In this document: piece after piece, positions 28,632-38,235 of the stretch | Layout: each line of letters begins with the position of its first letter | How positions within the stretch are numbered: position 1 is the first letter of the stretch | Source of the DNA: a virus | Reading direction: 5' to 3' (one strand) | Length of the DNA: 64,000 nucleotides | Virus record (IMG/VR): IMGVR_UViG_3300044846_003008 | Translations under genes and position numbers: made by a program | The notes under the pieces: generated by a model | Databases searched by the model: none | Told to the model about the DNA's origin: nothing | Seen by the model: the letters and a program-made list of their open reading frames with translations, nothing else

Positions 28632-31565
28632 TTAAAAATTATTTTCCACGGCTAAACAAATTTCGCCATTCATTGATATTAGTCGAGACATATCACTAAA
28701 TGAAATGTATACGTGACCTTGTTTACCCCAATTTTGTCCCCAACTATTTTTAATTCTAAATAATTGTCTTGTTTTATCAACACCGTTAATTACGTATGCG
28801 TGACCACCAACAATACCACCTGTTGCTCTAATTAAACCATTCTTATCTGGATAGAACATTCCTGAGAACCAATATGTCCCAACAACTACGGGGCCTAAAT
28901 TAAACACGGTATTTATTAATGTATTAACATCGTAACCCCAATAATATGATTTAATTGCGTTTATTGATTTTAAATATTTAGCACCCGCTCTAACTGATGT
29001 TCCGTTATAATTTTCTCCCGGCCATTCATCTATTTTTTGGGACTCACTATAAATTAATTGAGGGTTAATGATTGGGGGAATTCCTCCGTGTTCCACAGGA
29101 CCGTCTTCAATCCAATGAGACCAAGCATAACCAACACATTGTGGTGTTGACCCTTGATTACCCCACCATCCGTCAGGATTCCAATACTTACTAAGATTCT
29201 GAGGTGTTGGGGTTGGTGTTGGGGTTCGAGTTGGGGTTCGAGTTGGTGTTGGTGTTGGTCGTTTTGATGAACTTGGGGTCGGTATAGGTCGTCTTGTTTT
29301 ACTTGGTGTTGGCGTTCTTCTATATCTAGTAACAACAGGTCGATTAACGACACTCATTAAATAATCGTAATTGTTGTTTATTAGATAATTTTTATCTCTG
29401 TCGTCAGGAATATATAAACGACCTAATAAATTTGCGTCAGGTTTTATTTCTATTGGAATCTCCGGAAGATTACCATCAATAATTTCATAAGTGAAATCAT
29501 CAATTTTACAAACATCGGTTGAACAATCAGGACAATCAGGGTTAAACATTCTAAATGTGTTTTTTAACACATTAAAATTATGTTTAACTTCAGGAGCAGA
29601 CATTGGGGTAACATACATTCTAAATTGTGATACACCACCTTCAAATGTTCCTGCGAAATATTTGTCAAGAATTATATTAGTATTTAACTGACTAAATGTT
29701 GTTCCGCTTAAATTAAAATCCGATAAACATTCAGGGTCTTGAATATATGGTCCATTAGGTAACGTTGTTGATGAGAAAATTAAATGTTCTCTTAACCCTT
29801 GTGTACCACCACCCCAAGAAATATTGAATGGGACTCCGACTTGTTTTTCTTTATCGGTATTTAACCCTCTTGGTATTATTTCTTCGAAGTCTTCTATAGT
29901 GTGAAAAATCTTACCATTAACATAAAGTTTTAATCGACCTTTTCGATATGCTTTTTCGATTAACCATTTTTCATTTAAATTAACTAAATCAATTTGTTCT
30001 GCCGGTGTGGAACCTGTGTGGGTGTATTCAACGTTTACTAAAGAAATTGAGTTATTCGATAGTGATTGTAAATACGATTTTGTGGTTATTTCACCTAAAC
30101 CACCTTTATAGTACAAATCACAATAATCAAACCAAGTATAACGTTCCCAAACCGCATTTAATTGGAACCAATGTTCTTCTTCTAACCACGCAGGGTTTTC
30201 AGTTTGACATCTAGGGTATATCGGGTCGGTGCAATAATTATCAATAGTAAATCCTGTAACATAAGTTGTACCTGTTTCCGAGCAAGAAGATAAGATATCG
30301 TCAGGAGAAACCTGACTATTATCTAATAATGAAACGGTTACACAATTACCGGTAATTCTTAAAACTCTAACACCGATTTGTGGGTTTTTAGGGTCCCCAC
30401 ATAATTTAAATGACAATGCGTTTGACATTGAATCAAATAATGGGTCAGTCTCACAAGTATTCTCAACTGATGAGGTATACCCCGTACCACATATGTGTTT
30501 TTGGCATTCCCAACCACAAGTATCGTATTCGGTTGGGGTACAACCACAACTCGTACATCCTGTAATAATAGTTGAACCTGTTGTTGGTGTACTACATCCG
30601 CAGATATCGCAACCATAATTAACGTGAGAATCGTGAATATTATTAAATGACCTTGGAGGGTAAACATACACACAACGACTATTGGTAACCCCCGTGTTAC
30701 AACAAGCACAAGTTTCTAATTTATTTTGTAATTCGCTCGTAACTCTAGTATAACCCGTTAATGAAATTGGGGAACCATCGGCGTGGTGGTAGAATTTATT
30801 TTCAGCTCTACTACCTATATAAAAAAATGTGTTTTTATTTTCAGGGTAAAGTACATTTAATGTTGTTTCGTCAGAATCGGGAAAATATTCGTCAACTAAT
30901 CTTGGTTTTAGTAACATTTCAACCGACCAACCTTTATTCATTCGTTCAGGAAATATTTCGTAATCATAACCAAATAGTTTGTAAAAACCTTGGTAAAAAC
31001 CACCATATAATTCGTGGTATCGACCTTCATAAGGACTATATTTACTAACAACTTCATATAATATGGTTTTATCAAAACCTGAGAAACTGATGTTTGGGGT
31101 GCTAGTGTGACCTGTCACTTGAAACATCTTTAATCGTCTATCAAAATATAAACGATTGAACTTTAATGAATCGTCGAATAATCCATTAGTGAATGTAATG
31201 GTTTGACCTGTTAATGAATCAACAAGTCCGTTATCCATACCTGTTAGTCCGATATCACACGATGTTGACCCTGAGTAACAAGACAAATCTTCATTATCTT
31301 TATTGTAATAATTTAATGAAACGATAACGTTATCTTCGTTGTATTCTTTGTAATTTAATATTTGATTTTGAACTGATAAGGTATTATTAATATCTAATGA
31401 AAATGGTAATCTATTACCATATGTTTGGGCAATTAAATAAGGTGAAAATACCACTTCTTCATTATAATCCCTTTCGTCATTAGACAAAGACATATCTTGG
31501 GAATCTAAATTCAATTTAATCCCCCAATTTGGTTTACCGTATTGATTAATATTTTGACCTGACAT
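28632..31565 (-). CDS. LamG-like Cys-rich protein with Thr/Pro linker and C-terminal papain-like (C1) cysteine protease
   Basis: NQGSTPQCVGYA, GGHAYVING and IKNSWGQNWG give the Q/C/H/N catalytic set; split LamG motifs WSVEMLLKP, LKLYVNGK and GGVSQFRMY. Confidence 0.82.
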   Translation of the reverse strand: MSGQNINQYGKPNWGIKLNLDSQDMSLSNDERDYNEEVVFSPYLIAQTYGNRLPFSLDINNTLSVQNQILNYKEYNEDNVIVSLNYYNKDNEDLSCYSGSTSCDIGLTGMDNGLVDSLTGQTITFTNGLFDDSLKFNRLYFDRRLKMFQVTGHTSTPNISFSGFDKTILYEVVSKYSPYEGRYHELYGGFYQGFYKLFGYDYEIFPERMNKGWSVEMLLKPRLVDEYFPDSDETTLNVLYPENKNTFFYIGSRAENKFYHHADGSPISLTGYTRVTSELQNKLETCACCNTGVTNSRCVYVYPPRSFNNIHDSHVNYGCDICGCSTPTTGSTIITGCTSCGCTPTEYDTCGWECQKHICGTGYTSSVENTCETDPLFDSMSNALSFKLCGDPKNPQIGVRVLRITGNCVTVSLLDNSQVSPDDILSSCSETGTTYVTGFTIDNYCTDPIYPRCQTENPAWLEEEHWFQLNAVWERYTWFDYCDLYYKGGLGEITTKSYLQSLSNNSISLVNVEYTHTGSTPAEQIDLVNLNEKWLIEKAYRKGRLKLYVNGKIFHTIEDFEEIIPRGLNTDKEKQVGVPFNISWGGGTQGLREHLIFSSTTLPNGPYIQDPECLSDFNLSGTTFSQLNTNIILDKYFAGTFEGGVSQFRMYVTPMSAPEVKHNFNVLKNTFRMFNPDCPDCSTDVCKIDDFTYEIIDGNLPEIPIEIKPDANLLGRLYIPDDRDKNYLINNNYDYLMSVVNRPVVTRYRRTPTPSKTRRPIPTPSSSKRPTPTPTRTPTRTPTPTPTPQNLSKYWNPDGWWGNQGSTPQCVGYAWSHWIEDGPVEHGGIPPIINPQLIYSESQKIDEWPGENYNGTSVRAGAKYLKSINAIKSYYWGYDVNTLINTVFNLGPVVVGTYWFSGMFYPDKNGLIRATGGIVGGHAYVINGVDKTRQLFRIKNSWGQNWGKQGHVYISFSDMSRLISMNGEICLAVENNF

Positions 31566-31575
31566 CTTTTTTACG

Positions 31576-31602
31576 ATAAATACTTTAAAACGAAGTATTT
31601 AT
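31576..31602. promoter_or_regulatory. Back-to-back TATTTAT motifs (divergent late-promoter pair)
   Basis: ATAAATACTT-N7-AAGTATTTAT, a perfect 10-bp inverted repeat between divergent ATGs at 31565 and 31617. Confidence 0.65.
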
Positions 31603-31616
31603 TAATAAAAAAGAAG

Positions 31617-32447
31617 ATGATTTCATATAATACAGAATATTTTGGTAATAATTGTTACTTCTATTTGAGAGACAGAGGTGATAAAATATCCTTATACTAC
31701 TCAGTAGGTGAGACTTTAAATGAATCTCGTAAAAATGATGAGAGGGAAGATTTCGACAAATCTAATTCGAAAAATGTTAAGTCAATTATTCAAAAAGTAT
31801 TAAATAGTAAAAAGAAAATGTCTAAAGAGCAAATTAAAAAAATGCTCAAAACAAAAAAATCTGAAGAACTTGATGAGTTAGTTGATTCTGACGGGACGAT
31901 GTTAAGTTCTCGTGTACCATTTTTAGACCAAACAATGCACCCACATAAAACTATGGACCAAACGGTTGCTATGTCAAGACAAGCGGGAAATCCAATTACT
32001 CGTGGTTATCGTGTTTATTATGGGGAAGGAACTGAAAATAAAGATAACTTAGTTTCTGAAGTTGATTATTCCGATGCTTTTGGTTATGAAGAAACTGAAG
32101 ATATGGATTATCAAGACACAGTTAAAACTCTTGAGGATATGGGGGTTGATAATTCTGAAGAAAGAGCCGAAGAATTTGGAAAGATACCTAAAGTTAAAAG
32201 AAAAGGTGATATTCTAAAACAACGTTTAGTTGAAAAAGGAACTATTGATGAAGAACAAAAACAAAAAATGGTTAAAATGGTTGAAGATATTTTAACTAAA
32301 AAATCTAAAGATAAGTCTGATGTGGTAACTAAAGAAAGCCCTATAAGTAAAATTTTGGTAAAAAATATTAATTCAATTAAAAAAATTGCAGACAAAGAAG
32401 GTATTAGTCTTAATCAATTAATTAAAATTTTAAAATCGAATGAATAA
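31617..32447 (+). CDS. Hypothetical protein
   Basis: 276-aa charged ORF, first of a coupled + strand run. Confidence 0.7.
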   Translation: MISYNTEYFGNNCYFYLRDRGDKISLYYSVGETLNESRKNDEREDFDKSNSKNVKSIIQKVLNSKKKMSKEQIKKMLKTKKSEELDELVDSDGTMLSSRVPFLDQTMHPHKTMDQTVAMSRQAGNPITRGYRVYYGEGTENKDNLVSEVDYSDAFGYEETEDMDYQDTVKTLEDMGVDNSEERAEEFGKIPKVKRKGDILKQRLVEKGTIDEEQKQKMVKMVEDILTKKSKDKSDVVTKESPISKILVKNINSIKKIADKEGISLNQLIKILKSNE

Positions 32448-32910
32448 AGATTTATATGGTCATAGTGTTCCTTTACCCGAAGATGTTATTGGTTATTTAG
32501 ACCAATGTCATCAATCAGCCGTAGGTGCTGACGATTCAACTGAAGGTTATCGTAGAAACAAAGAACTACGTGATAAACGTGAAGTTAGTTACCAACAATT
32601 GAAACGAATGAAAAATTGGTTTGACGGATTTAATGGTCACGACAATGATTTACCATTTATCTTAAATGGTGGTCACTACGTAAAAAATTGGGTAAATGAT
32701 ACTTTAACATCAATGAGAGACGGGAATTATTTATCAAAAAAGATTAAGTCAGTTGCGATGGATAATCAATTTATTGACCCACACGAAAAAAATAGTATTG
32801 TGAACCAACATAGACCAAGTAAAAGTCATAGTTCCAATGTTGAAAGATATGACTCAGCCGTTACCGAAAGTTTAAAACGGATAAATGATTTAATAAAAAA
32901 AATAATATAA
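32440..32910 (+). CDS. Hypothetical protein
   Basis: 156-aa ORF overlapping the upstream stop; ends VTESLKRINDLIKKII. Confidence 0.7.
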   Translation: MNKDLYGHSVPLPEDVIGYLDQCHQSAVGADDSTEGYRRNKELRDKREVSYQQLKRMKNWFDGFNGHDNDLPFILNGGHYVKNWVNDTLTSMRDGNYLSKKIKSVAMDNQFIDPHEKNSIVNQHRPSKSHSSNVERYDSAVTESLKRINDLIKKII

Positions 32911-32911
32911 T

Positions 32912-33208
32912 ATGCCAGTTAATGAACCCTTAAATTTTGAACAACCGACAAACTCGTTGTCTCAAATTGCTGAAGCTGAAAGAAAAAAATTGTTACCTAA
33001 AAACGATTTTAAAAGAACCGCTAATGAATACTCAAGTGTTAATCCTGACGCAATGGCGGATGGGGATGCTCAAGGTAAAGGAACAGGTGGTGATTTAGAT
33101 GTTTATAATGAAAGTGCTGGAGCTATCCAAGATATTTTGGAAAGAAAGGCGGAAATGGTTATAAACGCATATAAACCAACAACCCCTTATACAACTCCAG
33201 GTTTATAA
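32912..33208 (+). CDS. Hypothetical protein
   Basis: 98-aa ORF coupled on both sides. Confidence 0.7.
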   Translation: MPVNEPLNFEQPTNSLSQIAEAERKKLLPKNDFKRTANEYSSVNPDAMADGDAQGKGTGGDLDVYNESAGAIQDILERKAEMVINAYKPTTPYTTPGL

Positions 33209-33612
33209 TGAAACTTTACAATACATTTAAAAGTCTTATTTTAGAGGTAGCATCTATTGATTCCATCACTGACGCAATTAAAAAAAGACAAAAGGTTATT
33301 GTTTATTATGATGGTGATGAACCGGGTGGACGTGGTTTACGTGAAATAGAACCTGTTTGTTTCGGTTATAGTAAAGCAGATAACCCAATATTAAGAGCGT
33401 GGGATTCTGAAGGTGCGTCACATACGGGATATAAAGGTGAACAACCTATACCGGGTTGGAGGATATTCAGATTGGATAAGATATTATCATTTAAACCGAC
33501 AGGTGAAGTGTTTAATCAACCCCAACCAGGATATAACCCAAATGGTGATAAAAGTATGACACGAGTTATTATTAACGTTAAATTTGATAATAACACAAAT
33601 GAACCTGTTTAA
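33208..33612 (+). CDS. Stand-alone WYL-domain protein
   Basis: DAIKKRQKVIVYY...REIEPVCFG...LRAW...WRIFRLDKI. Confidence 0.8.
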   Translation: MKLYNTFKSLILEVASIDSITDAIKKRQKVIVYYDGDEPGGRGLREIEPVCFGYSKADNPILRAWDSEGASHTGYKGEQPIPGWRIFRLDKILSFKPTGEVFNQPQPGYNPNGDKSMTRVIINVKFDNNTNEPV

Positions 33613-33622
33613 TTTTTAAAAT

Positions 33623-34276
33623 ATGACAAACGAAAATGATTTAATGATGAAACTAATGACCGCTAAAAAAATTATGACAAAACATAATGAAATTGGTCGT
33701 GGTGGAATTCCTGTTAATGTTAATAATTCAGCACCAATGGTTGAGGATTTTAAGTCACCACAAGCGACTTACAACTTACCATCGGAATATATGAACGAAT
33801 CATTAACTATGGGACATATGCAAAATGATGATGTTAATACTCCTTATTTATCTGAAGAGGCGATGAGTAAAAACATTCATAAAATGCCCCAACAAGCTAG
33901 TCAGGATAGAATACTTCAATCAAAATTACCTGATTCAATTAAACAACTAATGATGGAACATCCGATATCACAACCTGATAGTCCATTGTCAGGGGGTAGT
34001 GGAATTTCAAGTGAGTTGGCAGAAAAAGCTGCAAGATTGATGAATACTAAAGCGAATGGTGATATGATTAAACCACAACAAAGTAGACCACAACAATCAA
34101 CACAAGTACCACAATCAAGTGATTTAAAAGCGATGATTCAAGAGGCCGTTAGAGAAGTGTTATCTGAAAATGGTTTAATAACTGAAAGTGTTTCTAAAAC
34201 AAATGACGTATTCTCATTTAAAGTTGGTTCACACATTTTTGAAGGTAAAGTGACTAAAATTAAAAAACTTAAATAA
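33623..34276 (+). CDS. Hypothetical protein
   Basis: 217-aa ORF, largely low complexity, followed by a terminator. Confidence 0.7.
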   Translation: MTNENDLMMKLMTAKKIMTKHNEIGRGGIPVNVNNSAPMVEDFKSPQATYNLPSEYMNESLTMGHMQNDDVNTPYLSEEAMSKNIHKMPQQASQDRILQSKLPDSIKQLMMEHPISQPDSPLSGGSGISSELAEKAARLMNTKANGDMIKPQQSRPQQSTQVPQSSDLKAMIQEAVREVLSENGLITESVSKTNDVFSFKVGSHIFEGKVTKIKKLK

Positions 34277-34297
34277 TTAAAATAACAAATAATTTGT

Positions 34298-34326
34298 AAC
34301 CCTCACCATTTGGTGGGGGTTTTTTA
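34298..34326 (+). terminator. Intrinsic terminator
   Basis: AACCCTCACCA/TGGTGGGGGTT stem with a T-tract. Confidence 0.75.
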
Positions 34327-34376
34327 TTGATAAAAGAAATTTTATTACCTATTATTCTTTCAATATAATATAAAAT

Positions 34377-35594
34377 ATGAAAGAAAAAATAAATGTATTA
34401 GTTCTCCCTTCAGACACAACAGGTGTTGGAAAATTTAGGTCATTAGACCCTCACACGTTTCTACAAGATTTGTATCCTGATGATTTTCACGTAGACATTG
34501 ATTATGAACCAAAAGTTAATGATATAAACTATTGGAAGAAATATCAAATAGTTCACGTACATAGGAATATTGGTCACGATTACGATTCTTCACCAAAATT
34601 GATTGAGAGTCTAAAATCAATGGGTATTGTGGTTATTGTTGATATTGACGACTATTGGTTACCAACGAAAGAACATCCAATACATACGATTATTGTTAAG
34701 AACAAATTACACGAAAAGATTTTAAATAATTTAAAAGTCGCTAGTTTTGTTACCACAACAACGGAATTGTTTGCAAATGAAATTCGAAAATTTAACAAAA
34801 ACGTAATTGTGTTACCTAACGCAATTAACCCGAAAGAATCTCAGTTCAATCAACCGACATTAAAATCCGACCGAATTAGGATTGGTTGGTTAGGAGGTTC
34901 ATCACACGAACACGATTTAAAGTTATTGGGTGGATTTGTTCAAAAAAATTCATCACTTAATAATAAGTTACAATATGTGTTATGTGGATTTGACACAAGA
35001 GGTACGGTTACTGAATACAATAAACAAACAGGTGAAAATAAACAACGTGATATTTTACCACACGAAACCGTTTGGGTTAGATATGAAAAATTGTTTACAA
35101 ATGATTACAAAACACTTAATGGTGATTATCTAAATCACTTAAAAAAATACGTCAATGAACCGTTTATTTCGGATTTAGACCAACCATATAGACGTGTTTG
35201 GACTCAACCTGTCAATACTTACGCAATGAATTACTCTAACTTTGATATTTCATTGGCACCAATTAAAAACCACATTTTTAATCGTATGAAATCTCAATTA
35301 AAAGTTATTGAAGCTGGTTTTTATAAGAAAGCGTTAATAGCATCTAACATTGGGCCTTACACAATTGACTTGAAACATTCATTAAATAATGGTAACTTTG
35401 TTGATGGTAACGCATTGTTAGTTAATGAACACAATAACCATAGTGATTGGTCTAAACACATTAAGAAATTAGTCGATAACCCAAATATGATTATTGATAT
35501 GGGTGAAAGATTATACGAAACCGTTAAAGACACTTACGACTTAAATGTTGTTACCAAAACAAGAGCTGAATTTTACAAATCTTTAATTAATTAA
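34377..35594 (+). CDS. GT-B (GT4-like) glycosyltransferase
   Basis: VDIDDYW, RIGWLGGSSH and DISLAPI...FNRMKSQLKVIEAG...LIASNIGPY. Confidence 0.82.
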   Translation: MKEKINVLVLPSDTTGVGKFRSLDPHTFLQDLYPDDFHVDIDYEPKVNDINYWKKYQIVHVHRNIGHDYDSSPKLIESLKSMGIVVIVDIDDYWLPTKEHPIHTIIVKNKLHEKILNNLKVASFVTTTTELFANEIRKFNKNVIVLPNAINPKESQFNQPTLKSDRIRIGWLGGSSHEHDLKLLGGFVQKNSSLNNKLQYVLCGFDTRGTVTEYNKQTGENKQRDILPHETVWVRYEKLFTNDYKTLNGDYLNHLKKYVNEPFISDLDQPYRRVWTQPVNTYAMNYSNFDISLAPIKNHIFNRMKSQLKVIEAGFYKKALIASNIGPYTIDLKHSLNNGNFVDGNALLVNEHNNHSDWSKHIKKLVDNPNMIIDMGERLYETVKDTYDLNVVTKTRAEFYKSLIN

Positions 35595-35596
35595 AA

Positions 35597-36331
35597 ATGA
35601 TAAAAATACCTTTAACTAAGATATTATTCTTAGACATTGAAACTGTAGGAATTGAAAAAGATTACGACAGTTGTCTTGAAAAAAGACCTGAAATTGCTAA
35701 TCAGTTTATGAAGTATTACGATTGGTTTCAGAAACGATTTCCTGAAGACCATATTAACCCACCAAACAATATTGATGAAAGGGAGAAAAGGATTAATGTG
35801 GTTTTTAGTAAAAGAACCGCATTAGTTCCTGAGTTTGCTAAAATTGTTTGTGTTAACGTTCAGTTCGTTATGGATAATGGTGAGATTAAATCACAATCAT
35901 TTTCGGGTGACGATGAAAAAAAATTATTACGTGATTGTAAAAAAGTTTTAGACAAATGTTATAGATTGGATTTCCATATCTGTGGTCACAACTTAAAGAA
36001 TTTTGACATTCCGATGTTGGCTAAGAGAATGATAATCAATGGTATTGCACCATCATCTATGTTACCATCATATGACACTAAACCTTGGGAAGTTAAAGCG
36101 ATTGATACTAAAGATGTTTGGCAATATGGTGCTTATAGTTCAATTGGGTCATTAGATTTATTATGTGCTTCGTTAGGAGTTCCATCGCCAAAAGAAGGTG
36201 ATGTGACGGGTGATAAAGTTCATACGGCATATTGGGATGAAGGTAGATTAAAAGAAATAACAGAATATTGTGAACGCGATGTTCGAGTATTAATTGATAT
36301 AATAATAAAATTAAAAGAATTAGAACAATGA
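35597..36331 (+). CDS. DEDD 3'-5' exonuclease (PolB-exonuclease-like)
   Basis: FLDIET, GHNLKNFDIP and YCERDV. Confidence 0.88.
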   Translation: MIKIPLTKILFLDIETVGIEKDYDSCLEKRPEIANQFMKYYDWFQKRFPEDHINPPNNIDEREKRINVVFSKRTALVPEFAKIVCVNVQFVMDNGEIKSQSFSGDDEKKLLRDCKKVLDKCYRLDFHICGHNLKNFDIPMLAKRMIINGIAPSSMLPSYDTKPWEVKAIDTKDVWQYGAYSSIGSLDLLCASLGVPSPKEGDVTGDKVHTAYWDEGRLKEITEYCERDVRVLIDIIIKLKELEQ

Positions 36332-36933
36332 AAGAAAATGATTTAGAATTCTTCAAACAAGAAACCGAAAATCTTAAAAAAATGTTTTCAAATGACGAGT
36401 TTGATGATGAAGACATTGATTATAATCAAATTATGGATGAGTTAGGTGTTGATGTTAAAGAACTTGAGAAAGAGTTTAATAACTACACACCACAACTTAC
36501 TTTAGGGTTTACAAAAGTACATCCTGATGCGGTTGAACCTAAATATAATTACGATAGTGATTCAGGGTTTGATTTACATTCAACTGAGGAAATTGTAGTT
36601 CCACCGTTTGGTAGAGTTTTAGTACCAACAGGGATTTCATTAGATATCCAAGATGGTTTTGAGGTTCAGGTTAGGTCTAAGAGTGGTTTGGCGTTAAAAC
36701 AAGGTTTAATGTGTTTGAATTCACCGGGAACTGTCGATAATGGTTACACGGGTGAGGTTAAAGCAATCATTTTTAATACGAATAACGAACCATTTACTAT
36801 AACAAAAGGTATGAAGGTAGCTCAAGCGGTGTTATGTCCTGTAGTTAACGGAAAATGGGTTAATTTGGTTAGTAACGAAACAATAAACGAAAAAGAAAGA
36901 GGTGAGAACGGATTTGGTTCTACCGGTATATAA
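36328..36933 (+). CDS. dut: Trimeric dUTPase with acidic N-terminal extension
   Basis: SGFDL, RSKSGLA, GTVDNGYTGE, AQAV and RGENGFGSTG. Confidence 0.95.
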   Translation: MKENDLEFFKQETENLKKMFSNDEFDDEDIDYNQIMDELGVDVKELEKEFNNYTPQLTLGFTKVHPDAVEPKYNYDSDSGFDLHSTEEIVVPPFGRVLVPTGISLDIQDGFEVQVRSKSGLALKQGLMCLNSPGTVDNGYTGEVKAIIFNTNNEPFTITKGMKVAQAVLCPVVNGKWVNLVSNETINEKERGENGFGSTGI

Positions 36934-36941
36934 TTTAGAAA

Positions 36942-37478
36942 ATGGCACATCCAGAACAAAGAGTATTTTTATCATCGGTTAAAAATAAATTTCCTGAAAG
37001 TTTTAAAAATTGTCGGGTATTAGATATAGGGTCTTTAGACATTAATGGTAATAATCGTTATTTGTTTGAAAATTACGAATATGTTGGTATTGATATTGGT
37101 GAAGGTAATAATGTTGATTTAGTATGTAGAGGTCACGAATATTCAGATGAAAACCAATTTGATGTGGTTATATCATCAGAATGTTTCGAACACGATGAAT
37201 TTTGGCCTTTAACAATTAAAAACGCGATTAAACATTTAAAACCTGGTGGTATGTTCACATTTACTTGTGCCGCTCCGGGTAGACCTGAACACGGAACACG
37301 AAGAACATCACCAAGTGATAGTCCATTCACATCACAATTAGATAATGATTACTATAGAAATTTGGACGAAAGTGATATCAGAGCTGAAATTAATATTGAT
37401 GAATATTTCTCTGATTATGAATTTAAAATTACAACGGTTTTTCATCAAGACCTATATTTTTGGGGTATAAAGAAATAA
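36942..37478 (+). CDS. SAM-dependent methyltransferase (type 11-like)
   Basis: VLDIGSLDING, YVGIDI, FDVVISSECFEH and LKPGG. Confidence 0.85.
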   Translation: MAHPEQRVFLSSVKNKFPESFKNCRVLDIGSLDINGNNRYLFENYEYVGIDIGEGNNVDLVCRGHEYSDENQFDVVISSECFEHDEFWPLTIKNAIKHLKPGGMFTFTCAAPGRPEHGTRRTSPSDSPFTSQLDNDYYRNLDESDIRAEINIDEYFSDYEFKITTVFHQDLYFWGIKK

Positions 37479-37479
37479 T

Positions 37480-38235
37480 ATGAAATGGTTTACAGGTTTA
37501 AATAATCATAATAAGTCACTTTATGATGATTATATCAAAATGTATAAAGTTGCGGTTTTTACCGCTAAAGAAACTAACCCGTCAATTAAACCCTATCTAA
37601 TTTTAGATGGGGAAATTGACGATTCAGTTAATGAACTAATTGATATGGGTGTTAACGTCATTCAACATCGAGTATCTTTCTCTGATAAAATTTTGAACCA
37701 TTATAACGATGACACAATCGCTTTAGGAGCGTTTTTACGTATTGATATTCCTAAGATTTGTGAGTCTCTTAAAATTGAAGACGAGTATATTCTGTACACT
37801 GATAATGACGTTTATTTTATGGGTGATGTTACACCAATCACTCAATATAAACCTGAGTTTTTTGCCGCGTGTGGTGAATTTATCCCGACATTAGAATCAA
37901 TGAATATGAATTCAGGTGTTATGTGGATAAATTGGAAAGCGATGTTAAACGAGTTTGATGATTTTGTTAAATATATTGTCGAAAATTTCGCAAATAATAT
38001 GTATGACCAAGATGCGTTAAAAAAATACTATGATGGACGTATAACAAGTTTAAACCCCCTCTTTAACTACAAACCATATTGGGGGCAAAATAAAGATATT
38101 AGGATACTCCATTTTCACGGACCAAAACCTACGTTCGACGAGAAAAAATTAAATGAATTCCCCTTCCAAGCATTAATCACTCCATTTTATCGAGAAATGA
38201 CGATAAATTTTAATAAAAAGTTAGAAACAATATGA
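37480..38235 (+). CDS. Glycosyltransferase family 8-like
   Basis: FLRIDIP, LYTDNDV, NSGVM, DQDAL and ILHFHGPKP. Confidence 0.85.
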   Translation: MKWFTGLNNHNKSLYDDYIKMYKVAVFTAKETNPSIKPYLILDGEIDDSVNELIDMGVNVIQHRVSFSDKILNHYNDDTIALGAFLRIDIPKICESLKIEDEYILYTDNDVYFMGDVTPITQYKPEFFAACGEFIPTLESMNMNSGVMWINWKAMLNEFDDFVKYIVENFANNMYDQDALKKYYDGRITSLNPLFNYKPYWGQNKDIRILHFHGPKPTFDEKKLNEFPFQALITPFYREMTINFNKKLETI

